Source of the DNA: Ginkgo biloba
Lineage: Eukaryota; Plantae; Ginkgophyta
DNA: 20,919 nt
Direction of reading: 5' to 3'
Assembly (NCBI GenBank): GCA_024626585.2
Contig: JANKJI020000002.1
Span: 223,638,140 to 223,659,058 of the forward strand
The number at the start of each line of letters is the position of its first letter. Position 1 is the first letter of the stretch. The notes beneath the pieces were generated by a model. It did no database searches. It was given only the letters and a program-made list of their open reading frames with translations, and had not been told where the DNA came from. The translations under genes were made by a program, and so were the position numbers. This document shows, piece after piece, positions 11,438 through 20,919 of this stretch.

Positions 11438-12510
11438 NNNNNNNNNNNNNNNNNNNNNNNNNNNNNNNNNNNNNNNNNNNNNNNNNNNNNNNNNNNNNNN
11501 NNNNNNNNNNNNNNNNNNNNNNNNNNNNNNNNNNNNNGAAAAATATCAAGAATAATACCAAGATTATTAACTTCCTAAAAGAATTCCCAATTGAATTTTC
11601 AGAGTTGCTTGAGTACCATCGTTCACTACCACTTTTGGCTGTCCTAAAAGCTTGCAAAGTCACAATTATGAAGATTCCCTAAGATAATCTCCACAGAATG
11701 TGAACTAAAAGAATAGGGGAGGCTACGTCCATCATGACAACCTAAATTTTCTATAATGAATCAGTTATCCCACTATGTGTTTAATGTGGGAAGTAATGAA
11801 TATCAAACATAAGGATTAAAAAGGAACATACTGAATTCAACACTATCCTGCTCAAAAAATGTTTTCCTAGGATAGCAATCACTCATTCCTTCAACCAGGC
11901 CCTCCAATGATGATCCAAAGTTTGTTTGTCCTCTTAACAGACAGAACTCTGCTAGATTACAAAACGTGAACTTTGGTTTCCTTTTAAGACACAAACTCTG
12001 CCTATTTTAACAAAACATTCTCCTCAAGAGTATATGGCAGTAGTTGAATTCTTCTAATTCAAGGGAAAGATACCACAATGCAAGAACTGAATCACAAGAT
12101 ATATGAAAGCCATGTTCACTTTTGTTTATCCATGTGAATTATATAATTTGAGTGTGTCGGTACTGCTCCGTCCTTGGCAGATGCAGTGACTTGATTTATG
12201 TGTTTGTGAATAGTGTTGGATTTGGTGGTGTTTAGATGTACTGCCTATAGGGAAGAGATTCTATTTTTGGGACAATCATGTATAAGTAGATCCCCGTGAG
12301 GAAAATTGTGAAAGGGAACTCTTTGCTGTTGGTTACATATCCTTACTGCCCAAAATTTATAGTATCATGATTGTAATTTTTTGTACTTATGATTCCTTTA
12401 CATAACATAAAAAGAAAGCAGTGTTTGTCAACAATGCCTCCTTTATCGCTTCAAGAAATGAAACAATAACAGAGGAAACAAAGGGGAAAACACAGAAATT
12501 GATCCAGTAC

Positions 12511-12606
12511 CTTTACAGCTTCATCAGCTGCTTCACATCCAACTATAGTCGCCCTAAGATCCCCTGTGTGCCCCACCATGTCACCATTGGGAAGATTCAC
12601 ACGAAC
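12511..12606 (-). CDS. iPGAM: iPGAM internal exon VRVNLPNGDMVGHTGDLRATIVGCEAADEAVK
   Basis: 96 nt = 32 codons containing the metal-binding NxDMVGHTG motif. Acceptor TTACAG| and donor AAG|GTACTG, followed by T-rich intron sequence. Confidence 0.96.
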
Positions 12607-12690
12607 CTGTAAAGGAGATTTTAGGAAAAAACACTTACTTGATACAATATTGAAAGCTAAATTGCAGCAATACCTGAAACCAATCATTAC
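12607..12690 (-). other. iPGAM: 84-nt GT-AG spliceosomal intron of iPGAM (phase 0)
   Basis: GTAATG...CTCCTTTACAG. Removal joins KFDQ to VRVNLPNGDMVGHTG, restoring the known contiguous plant iPGAM sequence. Confidence 0.93.
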
Positions 12691-12883
12691 CTGATCAAAT
12701 TTGCCACTAAGAATGACATCTCTCATTTTTTCTGCAATTTCTAATGCCTTCATTTTTGGATTCTGATTAAATGTGATTCCTGAATCACTTGGGATTTCCA
12801 CATACTCCTCGAGATCTTTGTTGAAATATCCTGATCTGTTGCCGTTCCAAAAAAATGTAACATGACCAAACTTCACAGTTTCA
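12691..12883 (-). CDS. iPGAM: 2,3-bisphosphoglycerate-independent phosphoglycerate mutase, internal exon (S)ETVKFGHVTFFWNGNRSGYF...ILSGKFDQ
   Basis: The peptide is recognisable as plant iPGAM (ETVKFGHVTFFWNGNRSG; EIPSDSGITFN..PKMKALEIAEK). The 193-nt exon (1 nt + 64 codons) is bounded by acceptor GGCAG| at 12884 and donor |GTAATG at 12690. No stops or frameshifts. Confidence 0.96.
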
Positions 12884-13168
12884 CTGCCACATTCGCAAAA
12901 AATGTTAGCACACTTTCCACATGATAAGACTTGGATACTAATCACATAATCATGCAATCAATAATGAAACTGTGCGAAGATATATTTTCATGGACAGAGT
13001 TGCATAACTGTAACAAAACATCAAACATTCATTTCAAAAAATGAATGTGCTATCCATTTCACAACTTGNNNNNNNNNNNNNNNNNNNNNNNNNNNNNNNN
13101 NNNNNNNNNNNNNNNNNNNNNNNNNNNNNNNNNNNNNNNNNNNNNNNNNNNNNNNNNNNNNNNNNNNN

Positions 13169-14109
13169 ATTCGAAGGCTCTGCCAGAGAATGGTGGAATG
13201 GTGGACAAACAAAAATAGAGGATGGCATTAGGCAAACGACTACAACTTGGCCCAAGATGAAGCAAGTTATGATGAGGAAATTTGCACCCCAAAACGAGAC
13301 ACATTAGTTCTACACTCGGGTTTGGAACTTGAGGCAGATAGGTATTCTTCAGTAATATAATTATAAGATGAATGGTCTTTTCACTCGATTGTCAAATTTG
13401 GCTATGAGATATAGTGTATACCATTTCATGTGTGGTTTGAAGCCTCATATCCAACAAGGGGTGGCAATTACTTAGCCAAAGATAATGGAAATTGCAGAAA
13501 ATACTACCTTACAACTTGAAATCGTCAAACTTAACCAAACAGACACTTTCAAGAAGTCACTCCAAGGGAAGAAGGACTTTGCATCTTCCAGCCAACCATT
13601 CTCAAAGAAGAAGGATAAGAAAGGTTTCTTTTCTAACAAGTTTTCTAAGTTTTCTGAAAATAAAGGAAAGGAACCTCGGCCTCAAAAAGGAGAGACGTAT
13701 TCCCAATAGAAGGTAGGCAAAAATCCATCCATTAAGTGCATCGAGTGTGAAGAAAACCACATGAAGAGAGATTGCCCATGCCTTTGATAAAGTAATATAG
13801 TTAAGTAGGACTAGAAGGCAATAGTCATGGTTTTCAAGGATAAATCTTCAAAGAAGACCCTTCCTCAAAAATTAAGTTTCAAGTCTTTTAAAAGATTTCA
13901 TGATGTGGAGTTGTTTGTGATTAAGGGTAAGACTAATGTGAATGAGGCTACTATTTTCATAAACAATGGTTATACCCATAACTTTATTTCTAAGGAATTT
14001 GTCAAAATGAAAATTTTGAAGACCTAACATGTTTCATATTTGTACAAGGTTGAGCTGACAAATGGTAATGGCACACAAGATTGGAAGGAAATTGTGGCCA
14101 AGGTACCTA
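13169..14109 (+). mobile_element. Degenerate Ty3/gypsy gag-zinc knuckle-protease fragment
   Basis: FEGSAREWW...TWPKMKQVMMRKFAP, WNLRQIG, HFMCGLKPHIQ; knuckle CIECEENHMKRDC (13737-13775, Cx2Cx3Hx4C); protease LFVIKG...IFINNGYTHNFIS (IDSG-type motif with the catalytic Asp lost). Confidence 0.9.
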
Positions 14110-15165
14110 TGACATACATAATTAATATGTTAATATGCCTAATTGTTATATTATTAGTTAGGATAATGGTTAGCATTCATGAATAATTAACTAATGTAAA
14201 TGGTAGGTCACAATTGAAAAGGTTCCAATTCATGATAACCCTGATGTGGAATCACATCAATAAACACCTAATTTAATAGGATCGAATGGGTTGGGTGAGG
14301 AGTCTAAAGTGCAAAGCACAACTTGATGAACTAACTATTGACTTAACTAAAGTAAAGATTACATTAAAGTGAAAATACACTAATGTACATGCTNNNNNNN
14401 NNNNNNNNNNNNNNNNNNNNNNNNNNNNNNNNNNNNNNNNNNNNNNNNNNNNNNNNNNNNNNNNNNNNNNNNNNNNNNNNNNNNNNNNNNNNNGATATCT
14501 AAAGTGAGGGTTTAAGTTGTCACTCATGGATTGACCTCAAGACAATTAGCTTTATGGCTATTGTTGTAGTAATAGGGTTTGTTGACCATTTTGATATCTT
14601 TTTGGTTCTAGGGCTATTGCTACAACTTTAAGGTTTGTTGACCACACCAAAAATTAATAGAAATAAGTAAGTGTTAGTGGGGTGGATATTTTCGCTACTA
14701 GAGTAATCCTAGTGCTAAACAGAGGTTGAAACATACCTAGTGCCTAGCAACCTTACTAGTGTTGGTATTGACAGGTGTAGTCTAGAAAATTAGTCATAGC
14801 TACTAGGAGTTGACAGTAAACATGGTTGTGATATAGGATATTTGCTTGTCGACATAGGAAGTCCCTATAAGCAGTGCCCATGGCCAACAATAGAGCTTAG
14901 AGTCCTTTGTTGCAAAGTCTACCTTAGTACTAATAGTCCCAATATAAAGACCTTTTATATTCCTGCTTTTATATAACACTACAATAAATTAACATAAATA
15001 AAAACTTTCATGTATATGTATCATACCTTGTCTATCATTCCTTGTCAAGGTTGTGAATATTATCTTTATCATTGTATGAATGAATATGAATGTATATCTT
15101 TGTATTATCATGAGTATGCAAGTTTTTAGTGTGTTAGCATGTAGGTTTAGACACAAGTTGTTACA
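14110..15165 (+). repeat. Probable 5' LTR of a nested Ty3/gypsy element
   Basis: Ends ...GTTGTTACA one base before a PBS. Has TATA-like TATATAA (~14969) and AATAAA motifs. The start is inferred from TG at 14110, where protease similarity ceases; a 100-N gap lies inside. Confidence 0.6.
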
Positions 15166-15166
15166 G

Positions 15167-15178
15167 TGGTATCAAAGC
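15167..15178 (+). other. tRNA-iMet primer-binding site
   Basis: TGGTATCAAAGC (11/12 match to TGGTATCAGAGC) directly after TTACA-G. Confidence 0.85.
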
Positions 15179-15219
15179 CTTTTTTTTGGGAAGGAGGGGG
15201 GGGGAAGAGATCTAGAATA

Positions 15220-15968
15220 TTCCAAGGATGGAATAATTTTTTTAAAGAAGTTGGCAACCATTGAGGAAAAGGTTAGCACTAGAGGAAGAGCGGAAGAAAC
15301 CTGAGAACCCAATTATTACCTATGAATGTAGGAGGAAGCAGGAAGAAAGAGATCAAGTAGAAGATCCTACAATAGAAGAAGAAGAAGAAGAGCCAACTTG
15401 ATTTTCTAAGGATGAGAAGATTTAGAGTGACTCAAGGAATTTACAAGAGCATGACCTCAAGCATTAAAGAGCCTAGTAGGAATGGGAGTTTCTTTAGAAC
15501 TTGAAGCAATTAAAGAATGTACAAATCCCTAATTTTGATGGAAGAAGAATGAGACCATTATTTAGATCATGGATTCTTTAAGTCATTCGTAGACACNNNN
15601 NNNNNNNNNNNNNNNNNNNNNNNNNNNNNNNNNNNNNNNNNNNNNNNNNNNNNNNNNNNNNNNNNNNNNNNNNNNNNNNNNNNNNNNNNNNNNNNNAAGC
15701 AAGGAGTGAAACTATATTTTAAGGGAAGAAAGAAAAAAAACAATCTCTGACCGATCAACACAAGACAATGGTAAGGAGGACAAGTCTAGGGGGAGAGAAG
15801 CCATCTCACCCCAACGAAGAAAAGAATCCACGTCTAAGTGTTATGTGGAGGGCACCACTACAAGCAATGATGTCCCTACCTCAGATGGAACAACAATATC
15901 ACGTAGGACAAGAAAGTGATTGCAGTGGTATGCAAGGAGGAGATCTAAAAAGACACTCCCTCAGAGTA
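15220..15968 (+). pseudogene. Ty3/gypsy gag remnant with decayed zinc knuckle
   Basis: Purine-rich charged N-terminus, VQIPNFDGRRMRPLFRSWIL (~15520-15580) and LCGGHHYKQ*CP (~15842-15877). A 100-N gap lies inside. Confidence 0.65.
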
Positions 15969-16342
15969 TGTTTTGGATCATTTGAAAGTTTTAGTGACAT
16001 TTATTAGAATAATTAATGTTTACATACTTGTAATTTGGCTTATAACCTAATTTTATAAGACCAAAATATTTAATGTAATATTAAATTAGATAATGAGTGA
16101 GTCGTCGTAGGGTTAGTCCCTAGGGTGAAATGTTAGGAGTTACCAGACAATTGTCAAGTCCAAGAGTGGTAGNNNNNNNNNNACTAAACCTCTTACGTAT
16201 ATAAACATGTATCAAGTCTTGTACATTTATCGAATGAGGATTAAGGAGAGTCATGGTAGACCAATTCTACCATAATTCTTTCTTGTGGTTGTGCTTGTTC
16301 ATTTGTATAATATTGGATCAATTCTGATGTCAATTTTTAATG
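15969..16342 (+). repeat. Probable 5' LTR of another nested element
   Basis: TGTTTTGG start where gag similarity ends, TATATAAA at ~16198, and it lies directly before a perfect PBS. The terminal CA is not intact (TTAATG-TT-TGG). Confidence 0.5.
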
Positions 16343-16344
16343 TT

Positions 16345-16356
16345 TGGTATCAGAGC
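16345..16356 (+). other. tRNA-iMet primer-binding site (perfect)
   Basis: TGGTATCAGAGC exact match. Confidence 0.9.
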
Positions 16357-18008
16357 TAAGGGTTATCCTTACCCTAGTTTGTTGTTGAAATAAAACTTCT
16401 TGTTGAATTTTTGGCTTGAACTAGATGAGAGCAGTGTTGTCTAGTGTCTGGGGGGTGTTTGTCTCAATTTAAGGTGAATTCAATGACATTCATTGATATT
16501 CTCGTGTTAAGGACGTTAATTCTCGGTGGTAGAGTTTGAAGGGGTTAAATTCCTTAACTTGGTTTGTGTATTTGAAGGGCAAGTTCATTGTTGTAGATTT
16601 TAGAGAAATCGAATGCAACTGTGGTTGAACATGAAAAAGCTCGTGGATGAATATCAACTCTAATGGAAGAAGAATTGTAGAATGTTTATTTCTGTGGAAC
16701 GGATTGTTGGATTTGTTATTGTTATTGAAATCACCACGAGATAGTGGGAGGACTGAGAAGCTTGTGGAATGTTTGGACAACCATTTATTGTGTGACTTTT
16801 GGTCACATTTGGTGGAATGTCCTATGGTAGGTCACCATTGTTGAAATGTTGTTGCAGAAGATAGAGGGTTGTGAGGTTGTGTACAAAAGAGATGAGGTCG
16901 AGAAGCCGTGAGATAAGAAGGCAGGTGAGACCGCGTCATATGCTAGAATGGAAGAAGGTTGTTGACAAACCATTTCACAACTTTGAAGATTGAAAGTGAG
17001 GAACACTAAGACCGAGACATTGTAGGATGAAGCAAAATGTCGTGTGAACTTGCGAACTAAATTGAACGTTGGTGTTGTTCTGTGAGATACGACTGAAAAT
17101 AGTTGTGAAGTTGAGACGCGTGATTGTGGAAGACATGCCCATAGCAGGGCCATGTTGAACCACTGTCGCCATAGGTTTTTGTGAGATGAACGAAGGATGC
17201 CAAGGCTAAGACGGCAATAGAACGTCGAAGACTTGGAGAACATCGACCGAAAGAATAGGTCGTTATTGCTACATGGTCGTTCGAGCAGAAGATTGAATTC
17301 GTGAGGGATACAATAGATACATAATTCCAAAGAACTACGCATGTCATGAAGTAACATCGCTCGGAGATATTGCATGAATCAACCAAATAAAGATGATAGA
17401 CGCTCATGGGTTCGTTATTGTTAAAGTTAAAACCCAGTGGTGAGGCTCGCCTGGCCTATGGAGAATGGAGGAGACATCATTGCAGGCCTTGAGGAGGCCG
17501 AAGGCACCATACTGATTGTTGGAACGTGAATGTTGTGGAGGCAAATAGGAGAGCAGCCAAAATGACAGGAATGAATGATTAACAAACAAGGAGGGAAGCC
17601 AAATCAAAAATAGAGATTGATGCTAAATCGCCAAAATTGAAAAAAAAAAAGAATCAAATATTTTTGAAGGAAACCTAAGTTTTAACCTTAGCATAAACCT
17701 ATGTTTAACCTTGGCAGAATTTTTTTTTTTTTTTTTTTTACGGAGAAAATCCCCTTGTCATATGAAACGTGAGGGCTAACCTCATTTTTAGAGCCATTAT
17801 TTGTCTTTTTTAATTTTTGAAAAGACGTCTGTGTAAAAAGTTATCCTCCACCACTCTGAAGAGGTCATATGGTGTAATTTTGGTATCTTGCATGATTATT
17901 GATGGTTGNNNNNNNNNNNNNNNNNNNNNNNNNNNNNNNNNNNNNNNNNNNNNNNNNNNNNNNNNNNNNNNNNNNNNNNNNNNNNNNNNNNNNNNNNNNN
18001 NNNNNNNN

Positions 18009-18470
18009 ACAATATTTGACTCATTCTAATTTCAATTTAAGTGGTTTTGTTGATGTTGATTGGGCAGGAGATCCTGCAACTTGAAAGAGCAATTATGGGA
18101 ATTGCTTTTCTATTGGTCTAGTAAGAGGCAACAATTAGTTGCATTATCTAGTATTAAGGAAGAATATATTGTAGCAACATCAACTTCATTTGAAGCTATT
18201 TATGTCTGATGATCCTACTTGCATTTATTGTGATAATCTTTTTTGTATTAAACTTGTCTCAAATCCTATATTTCATGACAGATCAAAACACATTGAAATC
18301 AAGTATCATTTCTTGAGGGACAAGGTGTCCACTGGTGAGGTTTCTCTCATGTAGGTTTCAACTAAAGACAATGTTGCAACTATTCTCAATAAGCCTTTAG
18401 AAAAGGCCAAGCTGGAGAGATTTTGTGTAGGACTTGGATTGGTGGAGAACGAGCTCTTGATGAAGAGGGA
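18009..18470 (+). pseudogene. Ty1/copia RNase H remnant (3' end of pol)
   Basis: LSGFVDVDWAGDPAT*KS, SKRQQLVALSS..EEYI, IYCDN..CIKLVSNPIFHDRSKHIEIKYHFLRDKV, STKDNVATILNKPL are classic copia motifs. Contains stops and two internal deletions. Confidence 0.96.
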
Positions 18471-18471
18471 G
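18462..18471 (+). other. Polypurine tract of copia element
   Basis: GAAGAGGGAG immediately followed by TGTTG. Confidence 0.88.
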
Positions 18472-18499
18472 TGTTGAGATTTGGTCATCAAGGCTTAAT

Positions 18500-18627
18500 T
18501 CTCAACAAACAATGTTCTATGTTTGCTCAATTCTCAACAAATGGTGTTTTGTGTTTTCTCAAGTCATCAAACAGTGTTCTATGTTTGCTCAAGTCTGCAA
18601 ATAGTGTTGTGTGTTTAGCAAATGGTG
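18500..18627 (+). repeat. ~30-bp tandem repeat (4 copies plus a partial) inside the copia LTR U3
   Basis: CAAAy..TGTT.T.TGTTT units start at 18506, 18538, 18568, 18598 and 18619 (partial). Confidence 0.85.
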
Positions 18628-18965
18628 ATAACTATTCAACAAACAATTGTCCAATTGTTCAACAAATAGTGGTCTAGATTCATTCAGGTCCAACGAATGA
18701 CAACAAACGGTGTACACAAGTTTTCCAACTGAATGTTATTTTTAGCAGAGNNNNNNNNNNNNNNNNNNNNNNNNNNNNNNNNGGCATGTATGAAAAGTTG
18801 AAAATAGTTAAAGTCTATTTTAGCTTTATGAAAGCCAAAAATTAGTCGAAGTATTTTTTAGCTTTTAGCTTTTAAGCTCAAAATAGACTTAGGGCCTTTT
18901 CAAGTAAGTTGCATTTATTATAGCTCAATCTTTTGTAATATATATGGACGCATAGTTTAGGATTT

Positions 18966-18980
18966 GAGAGAGAGAGAGAG
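18966..18980 (+). repeat. (GA)7G microsatellite within the LTR
   Basis: GAGAGAGAGAGAGAG read directly. Confidence 0.9.
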
Positions 18981-20646
18981 GAGATTGATGAGCGTTGGAT
19001 TTTAAGCTCCTCTACATCTTGTGTTGGCCTGCCAAAGGAGCAGGTGTCCTATGGTACTATAGCTTGTAATTCAACATGTATTCAACTATAAGCAAGTTGG
19101 TCTTTCAGCTGTAATGAAGCGATTTTAATCAGCAATCCTGTGCATGGTTTGGATTATGTTTTGTTCATTGATATCTCATGTTTACAGATGAATAAACATT
19201 GTTGTTTTAGCTTAATTCAAATCTGATTTATTGCTACATTTATGTTCACTGTTCAATGATTTATATAGTCTCTCTCCATGCCAAAAAACTTTAACAATAA
19301 CATGTAGACAAGGAATAGAGAAGATACTCAACTATGGTGATCTATTACAATAATCATGGAATGCAATGTATCCAGAGTGAAAGGAACACCGCAGTAAGTA
19401 GCCTAGGCTAGTTCACCATATGGTCAAGGTACCTCCTCCTAACAATTACATTTGGTTACATCCGATGATAACTCTCCAATGACCTAGGACTAATCCTAAG
19501 TTTGTGGAAGTCTTACTTCTGCTAGCCTTGTAGGATTTTTTCTTAATTAATTGCACAATTATATGTAAACGTTGCATAACGAGACTTTCATAGTAGGACT
19601 TGCATAGAAGACTTTCACATGTGAGTTGTTCGGTAGTTGAATGGTTACCACCCAATGTAACAACATGAAACTAAGTGAAGAAGTACTTTGACATTACATA
19701 AGGATCCCTAATATGATGTAAAAAAGGAATTGGACTATTGGGGCTTGAGTGACTATTGATAGTCACTACATTAACATGTTCCTCAATTAACTATCTCCAT
19801 TTTGTTATATGCTATCTAGGTTGCATCTGGTTCTTGTTAATGGGTTCAACATCTAGCACTGTTGTTGACCTAGTGTTCATTATAATGGGTGACCTAATAG
19901 GTGGTTATTTTCCATTCATTAATTAAGCATGCATTAATTACACATACATGAGAAAATCATGAGAACCTAGAAGAAATTGGTGGGTACAAAGAAATCTCCA
20001 TTAATAATCATGATAGTACATAAGGTAGTTTGAGGAATCTAGCATTAAATGCTAGAAACCATTAATATTTATAGATGCTTGGCTCACAGTTTCTAGGGTG
20101 AAAATGATCCCTATTTATACCGTTTTCTCTCTCATAATAATGAGGGGCATAATGTTTGGTCAAAGGTCAATGACTTTTGACCTTTCATTATGAGATCATT
20201 AATTGATGTATTTATTATTGTACTTGTACATTAAATGAGGGTGCTTTTATTAGTAACTAATGCTGCCGTAATTTATTTTCTTAAATAGCTTATTTTTTTG
20301 TTTTAATAATGATTGATTATTTCTATATTAATTGCGCTTGTACAACATTAATGGCAGTTGTACTTATACAACCTGTTATTCCTATTGTATAGATTGTAGT
20401 ATGCTGCTGACGTCATCCCTTGACTGCTACAGTGTTAACATCATCCTTTAATGTTGATCTGGTGTCATCATCCGTGTCTCGGGTCAGATCTACCTTTTTT
20501 GACTACTAACATCATCTCTTGGCTATTGTACGATTTGTTGACGTCAACCTGAGTCAAATCTGTTCTTTAGTCTGTTGATGCTATCACCCGACTGCTATAG
20601 TGTTGTTGTACGGCTGTAGACATCATCTACAGTACTGTTATTCCTC

Positions 20647-20919
20647 TTTTGACTGGTTTTCACCGGTTTTGACTAGTTTTCACCGGTTTTGACTGGTTTT
20701 CACTGTTCTTTGACTGGTTTGACTGTCCTTTGACTGTTTTGACTGCCATTTTGACTGGTTTGACTGTCTTTGACTGGTTTTGACCATCTTTGACTGGTTT
20801 TGACCGTTTTCATGGCTGTTTTGACTGTTTCATGGCTGTTTTGACTATTTTCATGGCTGTTTTAACTGTTTTCATGGCTGTTTTGACTGTTTCATGGCTG
20901 TTTTGATCGGTTTTCATGG
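20647..20919. repeat. Minisatellite built on a ~10-bp TTTTGACTGN unit with 20-22-bp higher-order variants; runs off the window end
   Basis: (GACTGGTTTTCACCGGTTTT)x2.5, then variable GACTG/GACC 9-12-mers, then (CATGGCTGTTTTGACTGTTT[T])x5 plus a partial from 20811. Confidence 0.95.

Larger units (their letters stand above)
18472..19296 (+). repeat. Ty1/copia 3' LTR
   Basis: Starts TGTTGAG after the PPT and ends TTTAACA (TGTT...AACA inverted termini). Has TATATAT (~18939), a (GA)n tract and AATAAA (19191). The right end is inferred. Confidence 0.78.

Noticed and set aside
12150-12260. Possible intronic ncRNA (short ACTGC...GCAGT stem)
   Set aside because: The stem is too short and there are no recognisable snoRNA, snRNA or tRNA motifs.
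12451-12957. 168-aa ORF as a single-exon or bacterial-type gpmI CDS
   Set aside because: It is read-through of intron sequence around two exons. GT-AG boundaries and plant-type residues show a spliced eukaryotic gene.
16345-17900. Endogenous caulimovirid starting at the tRNA-Met site
   Set aside because: No movement protein, coat protein or RT motifs on the plus strand downstream; an LTR element PBS is the simpler explanation.
15969-19296. One complete copia element with LTRs at 15969-16342 and 18472-19296
   Set aside because: The two LTR candidates share no visible sequence, start differently and differ in length. They are separated by a 100-N gap and probably belong to different elements.
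20647-20919. CRISPR array or telomeric repeat
   Set aside because: Units are head-to-tail with no unique spacers, there are no cas genes, the context is eukaryotic, and the unit is not TTTAGGG.

Overview
This is AT-rich eukaryotic land-plant genomic DNA from a gappy draft scaffold with 11 N-runs, seven of them exactly 100 N (probably placeholders of unknown size). A large-genome plant such as a fern or gymnosperm is plausible, but that is inference. Most of the window is nested, decayed LTR retrotransposon sequence. It contains a near-complete but dead Ty3/gypsy element on the minus strand (gag with multiple zinc knuckles, PR, RT, RNase H, INT; 1 to ~4712, possible LTR edge at 5653), at least three plus-strand Ty3/gypsy fragments, three tRNA-iMet primer-binding sites, a Ty1/copia RNase H-PPT-3'LTR end (18009-19296) and a ~10/20-bp minisatellite running off the right end. 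The only host-gene sequence is two intact, correctly spliced minus-strand exons (12883-12691 and 12606-12511) of plant 2,3-bisphosphoglycerate-independent phosphoglycerate mutase; its neighbouring exons are not visible anywhere in the window. I see no support for a novel multi-gene system, CRISPR array or RNA gene. The best leads are the isolated iPGAM exon pair, an unexplained CpG-rich segment behind a PBS (16.4-17.8 kb), the multi-knuckle Gag and a perfect 18-bp hairpin.
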